From Candidatus Bathyarchaeota archaeon (GTDB lineage: Archaea > Thermoproteota > Bathyarchaeia > TCS64), in assembly GCA_016783455.1 (NCBI GenBank), contig JADHWN010000002.1, forward strand, positions 25,836 through 89,835: a DNA stretch of 64,000 nt, given 5' to 3'. The first letter of the stretch is position 1; every line of letters begins with the position of its first letter. The translations under genes and the position numbers were made by a program. Below the pieces are notes generated by a model that was not told the DNA's origin, did no database searches, and saw only the letters and a program-made list of their open reading frames with translations. Shown here piece after piece: positions 46,447 through 55,481 of the stretch.

Positions 46447-46609
46447 TGAGAACCAGCCAGGCAGGCCGTAGCACCCCCTTGTTCTCGCCGTTCGCCAGCA
46501 GCCAGGCCTCCGCGAGCTTCCTCAGGAACTCGCTCTGACTCGGGTCCTCGGAGACCTCGATGGCGATCCTGTCCAGGATATCCGAGACCGAGGTGGGCTT
46601 TTCAGCCAT
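46406..46609 (-). CDS. Hypothetical viral protein
   Basis: Overlaps the integrase stop; FLRKLAEAWLLANGENK. Confidence 0.55.
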   Translation of the reverse strand: MAEKPTSVSDILDRIAIEVSEDPSQSEFLRKLAEAWLLANGENKGVLRPAWLVLIDRFRLEEARGDV

Positions 46610-47771
46610 CCCGCAGAGCCTCCCAGGGCATGCACGTTCCGCTAAGCGTTGTCTGCACGGGGCCCTTGTTGATCCTGAGGAACGTCTTCAGGGCGAACAC
46701 CCGGATCTCCTCATTCGGGCTGCCCATGAGGCCTCGCGCCGCCTCCAGGGCGTCCCGCGTGTATCCGTCCATGCGTCCGGTTACTCCCTCGAGGCGGAGG
46801 ATAGCCGGTATATGGTCCTGGCCGCTGAGGTGAATGTACTTCGCCGCCATCTTGCTGTTCGGCGTCCACCCCGCGAACCTCTTCAGCACATACTCGCCGA
46901 CCCCGGCCCGGGCCAGCTCCGTCAGCTTGGTGTGCCTGATCATGTGGGGCCTGATCCGCCTGACCCCAGCCCTGAGGCAGACCCTCTCGAAGGCCTTGTT
47001 AGGCGAACGAGGGTTCATGAAGCGGACGTCGCCGTCGTAGACCGTGGCGAACAGGGGAGCGCTGGGACGCGGGTCAGGGTGGGCGGCCAGCCAGTCCTGC
47101 AGTATCGGCACCGACCGGGTGAGGGGCAGAGTCCGCTCCCCGGTCTTCCCCATGACCCTGAGCTCCGCGTAGCCGGACCTCTCCGTCAGGTCCTTAACCC
47201 GGGCGCTGAGGAGCTCCCCCTTCCGGCACGCCGAGTCGTAGTCGACGGAGATGAAGGCCTTCAGCCTGGGACTCTCCACGGCCTCCCACATCGCCGAGAA
47301 CTCCTGAGGCATAACCAGGCACTCCCTGAACTCCTCCCTGAGCTTTATCTCCCGGCGGAGATCCCTGCGGGGCACGCCGTCCATGATGGCCTCCACCCGG
47401 CCCCGGGCCTCAGACTTCGCCAGGCCTCTGGTCCGCAGGGCGCGGTGGAGGACGTTCTCGATGTAGTAGGCGTAGAGGGCTATCGTGGAGGCGCTGAGGC
47501 CCCCGGCGTTGGCCCTCCTGTACCACGCCCTCAGGTCGAGCTCCCCGGCCTCCTCCAGGGGCACCACGGCGCCCTCGCTGAAGCTGAGGAGGGCGGCCCT
47601 GTACCCGTCACGGCTGCTGGCGCTCAGCCTGCGATCCCCGAGGAACCCGTCGAGAAGCACCTGATTCCTGCAGAGGACGCCCCCAAGCGCGACGTCTACT
47701 TTATGATGCTTAAAGTAGACATCTTCACCGGGCTCTGAAACGACTTGGACTCTTGAAGACCTCTTCACCAC
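46602..47771 (-). CDS. int: Tyrosine recombinase/integrase
   Basis: Catalytic R (SACRKGE), K (MGKTG), HxxR (HMIRH), W (AGW), Y (AKYIH). Confidence 0.93.
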   Translation of the reverse strand: MVKRSSRVQVVSEPGEDVYFKHHKVDVALGGVLCRNQVLLDGFLGDRRLSASSRDGYRAALLSFSEGAVVPLEEAGELDLRAWYRRANAGGLSASTIALYAYYIENVLHRALRTRGLAKSEARGRVEAIMDGVPRRDLRREIKLREEFRECLVMPQEFSAMWEAVESPRLKAFISVDYDSACRKGELLSARVKDLTERSGYAELRVMGKTGERTLPLTRSVPILQDWLAAHPDPRPSAPLFATVYDGDVRFMNPRSPNKAFERVCLRAGVRRIRPHMIRHTKLTELARAGVGEYVLKRFAGWTPNSKMAAKYIHLSGQDHIPAILRLEGVTGRMDGYTRDALEAARGLMGSPNEEIRVFALKTFLRINKGPVQTTLSGTCMPWEALRDG

Positions 47772-47780
47772 GAGGCCTCC

Positions 47781-48008
47781 TTACTGGGAAGCCTTGGCGG
47801 CGATGCGCGTGCCAGTCCGGGCCTGAGCCTCTCGGAGGTCCCTCACCATCACCTGATCCCAATAGGTGAGTAACCCCTGCACGACAGCCTCCCTGACGCT
47901 CTTCACGATACCCCGTCTCTTGAGCTCCTTCACTATCCTAGCAGGCTTTCCCTCAAGCTCGCACTTTACCCACACTATCTCAGTTTCTTCTTGAGACAAA
48001 CAAACCAC
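47781..48008 (-). CDS. Ribbon-helix-helix protein leading the early operon
   Basis: VKCELEG..ARIVKELKRRGIVKSVREAVVQGL. Confidence 0.65.
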   Translation of the reverse strand: MVCLSQEETEIVWVKCELEGKPARIVKELKRRGIVKSVREAVVQGLLTYWDQVMVRDLREAQARTGTRIAAKASQ

Positions 48009-48226
48009 TTATAATACCGGAAAAAATGGGACTGAAACCGCCCAAAATGGGCAATTCTTAAAAATGCACCTTATAAATATGTCGGAAAAGGGTTCTGTTA
48101 AGTCTGTGGGACCCAGACCTAGGTGTTAACTATCGGGACCTATACGCCCGCAGTAATTTACTAAGTATTGATAATCTTGGTTTTATAACGATAAAGTATT
48201 AAAGTAGTGTGATGATCCATAATTTG

Positions 48227-48277
48227 CGACTGGGAGGGCCGAAAGGGCTCGCTAAGGATAATATCCTTACCCGGTCG
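48227..48277 (+). ncRNA. Structured RNA (three-way junction) upstream of DUF3800, DUF3800-RNA-motif-like
   Basis: Closing stem CGACTGGG/CCCGGTCG, GAAA-capped hairpin (48236-48250), hairpin TAAGGAT-AAT-ATCCTTA; GC-rich within AT-rich DNA, about 25 nt after a TATA-like TATTAAA. Confidence 0.65.
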
Positions 48278-48313
48278 ACTATTTTAAAAGTCTATTAATA
48301 CCATGTATTTCAA

Positions 48314-49054
48314 ATGCGCATTTTATATTTAGATGAGTCTGGCGGTCCAAATAGTTGGGACAATCAAAAAAACTTCGTATTAGGAGGAGTTGCTGTTCAT
48401 GAAGGGCAAATATATTCCTTGACGCGAGATCTAAATGACCTCCAAGAAAAATATTTTCCTGGCATTAGAATACCAATAGAATTTCATGTAAGACCCATAA
48501 GACAGGGGAAAGGACCACATTTCAACAAATTTAGCTATGAAGAACGTCACAATATTATTGATGAGGTTTATGAGATCATCAGAACATGTGGTTTTCCGAA
48601 TATAATTCCTTTCGCTACAGTACTTGATGTATCATCTGCCATTAATTCGAATCAAGTATGTCGTGATTGTTTTGAAGATGTATGTAAAAATTTTAACCTG
48701 TATCTATTAGATCAATTTAAAAAAGGCTTTCCAAGCAAAGGCTTGTTAATTATTGATCGAGGTCGTGAAGGACAATATCGTCAACATTTTGGCGAATTAA
48801 AAAAGTCTGAGGCAGTCGAGGAATATTTGGGGAATATTGTTGACATCCCTTATTTTGCGGCATGTAGAGAAACGCGCATGCTACAAATTGCAGATTTTAT
48901 TTCTAATGCGGTTTTCAGATATTATGAGTGGAATGTTACAGACAATTTTGATAAAATAACCTCTCTATTTTTCAGGGGATCATACCGTTTTCCTGTCAAT
49001 GGATTAAATCATATAACAAAGGATGAATCGTGTCAATGCTGCGTTTGTAGATAA
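48314..49054 (+). CDS. DUF3800 family protein (RNase H-like fold)
   Basis: LYLDESG, FVLGG, EFH, LIID, LQIADF motifs. Confidence 0.88.
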   Translation: MRILYLDESGGPNSWDNQKNFVLGGVAVHEGQIYSLTRDLNDLQEKYFPGIRIPIEFHVRPIRQGKGPHFNKFSYEERHNIIDEVYEIIRTCGFPNIIPFATVLDVSSAINSNQVCRDCFEDVCKNFNLYLLDQFKKGFPSKGLLIIDRGREGQYRQHFGELKKSEAVEEYLGNIVDIPYFAACRETRMLQIADFISNAVFRYYEWNVTDNFDKITSLFFRGSYRFPVNGLNHITKDESCQCCVCR

Positions 49055-49277
49055 AAACTTGAGCGTGACTCATGAGTTGTCATTGGTTCGCGTTTTGGAT
49101 TAAAGTCAACCATTTATTCTCACCTTCTATCTCGATTCCACAGGCTTCCGCTGGGGTCTTGCCTTTGCGCGCGCGAGCGAATTCAATAATTATGGGTAAA
49201 ATGGTTTTAATTCGTTTTTTATGATTTAAGGGCAGTTCTTGGGCGCATCATCGCTAAAAATTTACGAGCGCGCACTA

Positions 49278-50666
49278 TTAATTCCCTAATACGAAAATGT
49301 CATAGAGAGGAGCACCAACCCAGTATGAGCTTGTCTCATAAAATCCTTGATCAGTGTATTTAGTAATTTCAGCAAACTGAACGCTTACTTCATCTACTTC
49401 CAAATCTCCAAGTGGGTATCGTATCTCTATCGTGTAGATCCCGTCAGCTCCAGATTCTCCATCGCCTGTATGACTATATTGAGAAACTGCTTCATATGTT
49501 GCCCACAAATTTTCGCGATATGGATTCTCAGTTGTCCAACGTATAGTAGTTCGGGGTTCACCGTTAAGATAAAGATAAAGGGCGTCTATCTGATAGTCTT
49601 CACTCAAATAGTCATCGGGGATAACTGCACAAACATAGAGATTGGAATCATTGATCATTGCAGAGATTTCCATGGCCTTATTTTGTTTATCCCAAGCGGA
49701 TAGTTCAGAACGAATTGAATTATGATAAGTGACATGATAAACTAGAGTCGTGTTCTTAAAAGGCGACCATTCACCGATTTCCACGAATCCATCTATATTA
49801 GGTATATCATATACGTCGATGTAAGCAGACCAGGAACCCCCTATCGTTGGAAGATTTGTAGTTATAGTGCCCAGAACCCAGATTTTATTCAGATCATCTG
49901 TTGACAGATAATATTCCACCTTAACAATACCCCATAGATGTTCTTGATAACCATAGTAATGTACTGATTCCTCTCGTGTTATGGTTATTCCTGAGCTGCC
50001 AACAAAATACCTCTCTTCTCCCCTTCGCCAAGCATGTCTCTGACAGACTCTATCACCACTGAAGTCAAGCGTAGCCTCCCAAATGATGCCATACTTTGGT
50101 ATCAGAAACTCCCATGTCTTTGCAGTTCCAGCAGAAAAATTGTATTCAATGCTTTGAACATAGCTATCAATAACAGTTGAATCAAGGCAACTCAATAGGT
50201 CAGCATAGCTCTGATTTAAGCTTTCAAAAGACGCCTGGAGGACATCATAGTTTTTTTCGATTTCCACATATGCATCATGGAGTTCCTCATATTCACCTTC
50301 AATATATTCAATATAGTCTTGCAGGCTATTTATCTCCGCTTCAAGGTCCATAACAGATTGTTGAAGCACTAGATTTTCCTTATCTATTACAAGCATTTCC
50401 ATGTATCGCTCTTCAAGAAGTGCAACGGCTCTCTGTTCCTCAACAAGCAGCTCCTGAGTAGAATCCAACTCGGCTGCAAGGCCTTGAAGGGTCAAATATA
50501 AGGAATCACATTCTGCCTCAAGTTGATCTCTCTCTTCCGTTAAACTCGATACAGGTGAATTGCCGACCATGTACCCGGCCCCGGCTCCTACGATGAGCGC
50601 GATGACGACGGCGATGGAGATAATCCTATAATCAAAAACGGTCCTCAAAGCATCATTCGATCCCAC
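49278..50666 (-). CDS. Membrane-anchored coiled-coil extracellular protein
   Basis: N-terminal TM helix, long acidic coiled coil, beta-rich C-terminus. Confidence 0.65.
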   Translation of the reverse strand: MGSNDALRTVFDYRIISIAVVIALIVGAGAGYMVGNSPVSSLTEERDQLEAECDSLYLTLQGLAAELDSTQELLVEEQRAVALLEERYMEMLVIDKENLVLQQSVMDLEAEINSLQDYIEYIEGEYEELHDAYVEIEKNYDVLQASFESLNQSYADLLSCLDSTVIDSYVQSIEYNFSAGTAKTWEFLIPKYGIIWEATLDFSGDRVCQRHAWRRGEERYFVGSSGITITREESVHYYGYQEHLWGIVKVEYYLSTDDLNKIWVLGTITTNLPTIGGSWSAYIDVYDIPNIDGFVEIGEWSPFKNTTLVYHVTYHNSIRSELSAWDKQNKAMEISAMINDSNLYVCAVIPDDYLSEDYQIDALYLYLNGEPRTTIRWTTENPYRENLWATYEAVSQYSHTGDGESGADGIYTIEIRYPLGDLEVDEVSVQFAEITKYTDQGFYETSSYWVGAPLYDIFVLGN

Positions 50667-51093
50667 GTTTTGTCACTCCATTGTATGGGGTGCATCACCG
50701 ATTAAGACTTACCGTACAATGATGATAATAGTTGACGCATTAACTCACTTCCCATATCCGCGCGCGCAGCAGGTTCTACGGGTAGGAGTGTATCAGGTAG
50801 AAACGGAAAAGTCACTATCGAAGCTAATAATGACGAAATTTAAAAAAAAGGTACAATGGTTCTCAGAATAAAAATTAATTCACTATAATTGTTCTGGTAT
50901 AAGGGAGAAGTGCGCACGTAGGAGTTAGAGTCGCGCGCGCATGTTGAAAGAACATTAGGATTCAACGAGCAGGATCACGATCAATACCCCGATGATCACA
51001 GGTGACAGGGTAGGAGCCGCCCGCGCACGCAGGCCTTATAGGGACTTCGATCACCGTTAATTTTAAATACAGAAAAAAGAAATTTGAACCAAA

Positions 51094-51654
51094 ATGTCCG
51101 CACACAAAAGCACGAATATTGTAGTTCTTTTAATCCAAGGCTTAATAATTCTACTTGGATTGTTATTTTTCATATCAGGTTATTTACATGGCATAAAAGA
51201 AGTTCTAACATTTGGGATTGGTGAATTATCGATAGCACTAGGAACATTACTCCTAGCTCTCTATACATACAGGTTGGCTAATGTTGAAATTGAAGAAAAC
51301 AGAAAAGATAGAGAACATAATAAAATACGTGAAAAATTATATTTTTATTCTGAACTTATATCAGGAATGCCAGAAGGTGATATAAATTTAGAAGATTTAG
51401 AAAATATGTCATATACTATCAAATCTGGATATATTGATTTCCTCCGAAGAAACTCACATATTAACGTTAGATATCCGTTTTTATCGGAACCAGAACTAAA
51501 TAAAGCATTATCACAAATTATGCCAAAAGTCACACATCCACGAACCTTACGAAACCAATTAACTGAAGAGGAAGAAAAAATTCCGAACATCATTAAACTC
51601 ATACATGAAGACTTCGAAAAATTAAAAAAAGGATATAACAAATTAAACGAATAA
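51094..51654 (+). CDS. Hypothetical two-TM membrane protein
   Basis: Two N-terminal TM helices, low GC. Confidence 0.6.
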   Translation: MSAHKSTNIVVLLIQGLIILLGLLFFISGYLHGIKEVLTFGIGELSIALGTLLLALYTYRLANVEIEENRKDREHNKIREKLYFYSELISGMPEGDINLEDLENMSYTIKSGYIDFLRRNSHINVRYPFLSEPELNKALSQIMPKVTHPRTLRNQLTEEEEKIPNIIKLIHEDFEKLKKGYNKLNE

Positions 51655-51698
51655 ATCATAATCATACTTTTTTGCTATTCGCGCGTGCGTGCGTCTCC

Positions 51699-51986
51699 CT
51701 AAACCTCAACGACCCAATAGAGATATCTATCATCCTGAGACACATACCTCCTCCCAAGCAGGTCCTTCAACGCCCTGTCGACGGTCATCCTCCCAATACC
51801 TAAAGACCGCCTTATTGATACGAACGTCTGGGGCTGGGTCTTCACCAAGTGCAGGTAGATCAGCTTCTCGGAGGGTGCACGAATGGTCAGGATCCTCTCG
51901 TAGTGAGCCCTCCTCAGCTTCACGCTCAGGGCTGGAACCAGCGCCTCGGCGAGGCTCTCGACCAGGATACTCCACTCGCCCTCCAT
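51699..51986 (-). CDS. Small wHTH protein
   Basis: SEKLIYLHL..QTFVSIRRSLGIGRMTVDRALKDL. Confidence 0.65.
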   Translation of the reverse strand: MEGEWSILVESLAEALVPALSVKLRRAHYERILTIRAPSEKLIYLHLVKTQPQTFVSIRRSLGIGRMTVDRALKDLLGRRYVSQDDRYLYWVVEV

Positions 51987-52038
51987 CCTACATCAAGACC
52001 AGCTCAATGAATGTAACTGAGGTCGCAATACTCAGGCC

Positions 52039-52332
52039 CTAACCTAGACAGGCCTTCACCTTATCGATGAGAATCATGAAACTCCTCCCCTTCTCCGTCG
52101 GATAGAAAAAGGGCGGCCTCTCCGAGAGCAGCCCACGCTCGATCAACAACGCAAGGTAGCTCCGAATCACGCAGAAGTTCAGGTTCGCCCTGTAGACCAT
52201 CTGGGTCTTCCTGGCTCCTCCCTCCGCCGCTCCGATGAGGTCGGCGCATATCTCAATATTACTCCGTCTCAAACCATCCACGCCCCCATTCAGTGTTAGG
52301 GACAAATGCGGCAGCCCTCTCGGGTCAGTCAC
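52039..52332 (-). CDS. Archaeal wHTH regulator (COG3432-like)
   Basis: RRSNIEICADLI..GARKTQMVYRANLNF..YL..LIERGLL..TEKG. Confidence 0.82.
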   Translation of the reverse strand: MTDPRGLPHLSLTLNGGVDGLRRSNIEICADLIGAAEGGARKTQMVYRANLNFCVIRSYLALLIERGLLSERPPFFYPTEKGRSFMILIDKVKACLG

Positions 52333-52606
52333 GCCTCATATCCCATCTCATTCCCTGAGTCGGCATGGACCCAGATTCCTAGAGATAAGTATCAATAAAA
52401 TATAAAACCATAGGAAACCAGCGTCCATAGGAGAGAATCAGATACCTACGACCGCACGAGCATTCTGAACCCCGAGTATGAATGACCTGACGTCTCCTCC
52501 GAATGCCTGTACATGCCCAAGATTAAGAAAATGATGCATGTGTGCCACGATGATAATGACTCAGTCTTTACACGTATCGATAAATATTGACGAACCTGTC
52601 GACCTA

Positions 52607-52619
52607 TCCCAGTCCACCA
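52607..52619 (+). repeat. attR core, 13 bp TCCCAGTCCACCA
   Basis: Exact copy of the tRNA-Ala 3' end; host genes follow. Confidence 0.85.
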
Positions 52620-52655
52620 CTTCTCCACGATACAGAAAAAAAGGGGTTTCTGGGA

Positions 52656-53867
52656 TCACTTCGGCCAGCAGGCCTCGATGACCCGGAGCCCGTTGAGGCC
52701 CATGACCTTCGCGATCTCATCATCCGAGTATCCGTCGCGGACCAGACCCTTCGCGATGTTCCTGAACTCTGACGGGCTCTCCAACCCCTTGATGTAGTCG
52801 AGGTCCCTCACCATCTCCCCTGAGTCGAAGGCCTCAGGGAGATCAGCGGACTTTTCACGACTATAGCGCCCGTTTCCAAGTCTCGGCCTCACCGTGCCTA
52901 TGGGTCCGCCGCGGTACAGCCCAGCGTGGTCTCCCCACAGGGTGTCCGGGCCGGCGCCGACGTAGTCGACTCCGAGGAGGTCAACGAGGTACTCCAGATG
53001 CTCCAGCAGGCACTCGATGGTCCCCTCAGGGTTCTTCTCGGTCCTCGGCGCGAAGCCGGCGACCTCCATGCCCACTACGCCGCCCTTCTTGGCCATGGCC
53101 TGGTAGACCTCGTCGGGGAGCATGCGTTCGTTGTCCGTGAGGGTCCTGGACCCGCAGTGGCTTATGCAGAGCGGCTTATCGGAGGCCTCCACGACGTCCA
53201 TGGCGGTCCTGTCCCCAGCGTGGCTCACGTCGATGACGATCCCCGTCTTGTTCATCCTCTTCACGGCGTCGTATCCCAGGTCGGTCAGCCCACCGTCGCC
53301 CAGCTCGCTCAACCCAGACCCCAGAGTGTTCGACTCGCTGTAGACGATCCCCATGGAACGGACGCCTAACCCGAACAGGAGGTCGATCCTGTCCACGTCC
53401 CTGTCGATGGCGGAGGCCTGCTCTATGGTCTGGATCACGGCCACCTTCCCCTCCTTGAAGGCATCGGTGATGTCGGCCACCTTCAGCGCAGGCACAACGA
53501 AGCCCTGATGCGCGTAGTCACACTGGCGCATACCCAGGAAGTTGATCACCTGATCATATGTGCTGCACACACAGTTGTCGAAGACGGCGTCCATCCCCGA
53601 ATAAGCGAGGCCCTCGTAGCCCGTGAAAGGGCGTCGCCTCACGCCCGGTGTCCTCTCAGCCGGGAAGACGTTGAGGTGCTCGTGGAGGCTGATGACGATG
53701 TTCTTCTCAAGGAGCGCCTCGACCCGCTCCTCCTGGGATTTGTCGAGGCCGAAGTCGTGGGGAGGCACCCGGTCAACCTGTTTCTCTAGGGGGTACTTCA
53801 CGTAGTCTCTGTCGGCTTCAAGATAGCTCCAGGACGTGTAGCCGTCCCACTTCTTATTCCTACCCAA
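52656..53867 (-). CDS. Membrane dipeptidase (peptidase M19)
   Basis: SLHEH, GGLTDLG..AVKRMN..GIVIDVSH, ISH, GVDYVGAGPD. Confidence 0.9.
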   Translation of the reverse strand: MGRNKKWDGYTSWSYLEADRDYVKYPLEKQVDRVPPHDFGLDKSQEERVEALLEKNIVISLHEHLNVFPAERTPGVRRRPFTGYEGLAYSGMDAVFDNCVCSTYDQVINFLGMRQCDYAHQGFVVPALKVADITDAFKEGKVAVIQTIEQASAIDRDVDRIDLLFGLGVRSMGIVYSESNTLGSGLSELGDGGLTDLGYDAVKRMNKTGIVIDVSHAGDRTAMDVVEASDKPLCISHCGSRTLTDNERMLPDEVYQAMAKKGGVVGMEVAGFAPRTEKNPEGTIECLLEHLEYLVDLLGVDYVGAGPDTLWGDHAGLYRGGPIGTVRPRLGNGRYSREKSADLPEAFDSGEMVRDLDYIKGLESPSEFRNIAKGLVRDGYSDDEIAKVMGLNGLRVIEACWPK

Positions 53868-54117
53868 ACCGGATCGAGATGAGGTTCTGTCGCTTTGTCA
53901 ATATAACGATAGTGACCTTATGCACGGCATCAATGAGAGTGATAGAATCAGGCAAGAGATCTGTTGAATCAGCCTAAATAAAAAACCTCACAGAAGCAAT
54001 ATCTATTCAATTCGATTCTCTTAGCCCCTAGGTTCATCGGGATCCCCGCAGTCAACCAACAGTAACCTACTTATTTTGACCAGTGCGTAAAGAGTTAAAT
54101 TTGGAAAAATATAAGCC

Positions 54118-54669
54118 ATGCAGAATAGACCTTTGGCCACCGATAAACGAGGCTTCGGCACCCGAGACTGGGCGATAATTGCGATTCTGAGCTCCCTCGG
54201 CGCGACCCTGAGCGTCACCGCCAACTACGCGGGGAACATCCTGAAGGCGATCCCGTTCCTCCCGTTTGGGTCGAAGCAGCTCATCGCGGGCATCCACGTC
54301 CTCTGGATAACCCTGGCCATATCCCTGACGGGCAAGACGGGCACGGGGACCGTGACGGGGATACTCAAGGGCCTCGTGGAGATGACCCTCTTCAGCTCCC
54401 ACGGCGTAACAGTCATCATCATAAGCACTCTGCAGGGGATAATCGTCGACGTCGTGTATGGATTACTGAAGGACAAAAGGTATTCCATCTACATCGCTGG
54501 CGGCCTCTCATCTATGAGCAACGTGGCGGTCATCCAGTTCCTCCTCCTCTTCTCGTTCCCGAGCAGCGTCTTCGCCGTCATGTACGCGTCAGCCTTCATC
54601 TCCGGTGTCCTCTTCTCCGGCCTGATAGGCGTCAGGGTGAAGAAAATCGTATCGAGGATGAACCTGTAG
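54118..54669 (+). CDS. ECF transporter S-component-like membrane protein
   Basis: About 6 TM helices, FGTRD N-terminus, GKTGTG..G..KGLVE. Confidence 0.7.
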   Translation: MQNRPLATDKRGFGTRDWAIIAILSSLGATLSVTANYAGNILKAIPFLPFGSKQLIAGIHVLWITLAISLTGKTGTGTVTGILKGLVEMTLFSSHGVTVIIISTLQGIIVDVVYGLLKDKRYSIYIAGGLSSMSNVAVIQFLLLFSFPSSVFAVMYASAFISGVLFSGLIGVRVKKIVSRMNL

Positions 54670-54678
54670 CGCCCTGGG

Positions 54679-55083
54679 CTAACTGAAGTCCTCGGGCTTG
54701 TAGCTGTAGATCTCGTGGATGTTCCCATCGGGGTCCGCTATGAAGGCGGTCTTCCGGCCCCAGGGCATCATCTCGGGCCCCTTGATCGGGGTCGCACCCC
54801 CGGCCACCACCTCATCGTAGACCCTGTCGACGTCATCTGGGTCCCCCACGGGGAAGGCAATCTCGAAAGCGTGGCTCCCCCTCTCCTCCCTGTAGCTCTC
54901 TTGACCGGTGGCCTCGTACATCACCTCCCGGGTGCAGATGGCGAAGCGGACTCCCGGGTTCCTGAACTCAACGTAGTTGCCGAGGTCCTCTATCACCTCG
55001 AATCCGAGGACATCAGAGTAGAAAGCCTTCATCGGCTCAAGGTCGCCTGTCAGTATCGTGACTAACCCTACTACGCCTTCCAT
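54679..55083 (-). CDS. VOC/glyoxalase family protein
   Basis: FYSDVLGF, PWGRKTAFIADPDGNIHEI. Confidence 0.9.
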   Translation of the reverse strand: MEGVVGLVTILTGDLEPMKAFYSDVLGFEVIEDLGNYVEFRNPGVRFAICTREVMYEATGQESYREERGSHAFEIAFPVGDPDDVDRVYDEVVAGGATPIKGPEMMPWGRKTAFIADPDGNIHEIYSYKPEDFS

Positions 55084-55142
55084 GCTCTGTAAGAACGGGT
55101 TTGATGTATAAATAACCTAGAAATCTGCCATTGAACTGGCTG

Positions 55143-55331
55143 CTACGCCTTCTCGTACTTGTCGCATTCCCTGGGCATGAACTTCCGCATGTCACTCATC
55201 TTCTCCCCCTCAAGCTCAGGATGGGTACACTGCCACGTGAAGGGCGCGTTGGGGTCCACCCACTCGGTGTCGTCGAGGTGCTTCAGGTACCTGCAGGGGC
55301 TGCACCTCACCTTCTCAGAGTTGCCGCTCAT
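55143..55331 (-). CDS. Small Cys-rich hypothetical protein
   Basis: CSPCRY...CTHP...ECDKY. Confidence 0.45.
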   Translation of the reverse strand: MSGNSEKVRCSPCRYLKHLDDTEWVDPNAPFTWQCTHPELEGEKMSDMRKFMPRECDKYEKA

Positions 55332-55481
55332 AAACGCTCAATGCTGAGGATGCACGGCACGTATAATCTATTTCGCCCCGTGAAGGGTAGAACCCATTCG
55401 GTGGAGACCTCCGAGGGTAATTTCTCGAAAGACTGAGAGAGGTTTTTTATTTCCCCCTGCTCCACTCCCAACGATAACCCC

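Larger units (their letters stand above)
11886..52619. mobile_element. Integrated head-tail (Caudoviricetes-like, siphovirus-type) archaeal provirus, ~40.7 kb
   Basis: att direct repeats, tyrosine integrase, terminase, portal, protease/scaffold, MCP, neck and tail genes; host metabolic genes resume right after 52619. Confidence 0.9.

Noticed and set aside
42258-47738. Long plus-strand ORFs (42258-43394, 44444-45535, 46560-47738)
   Set aside because: Antisense shadows of GC-rich genes with clear motifs on the minus strand
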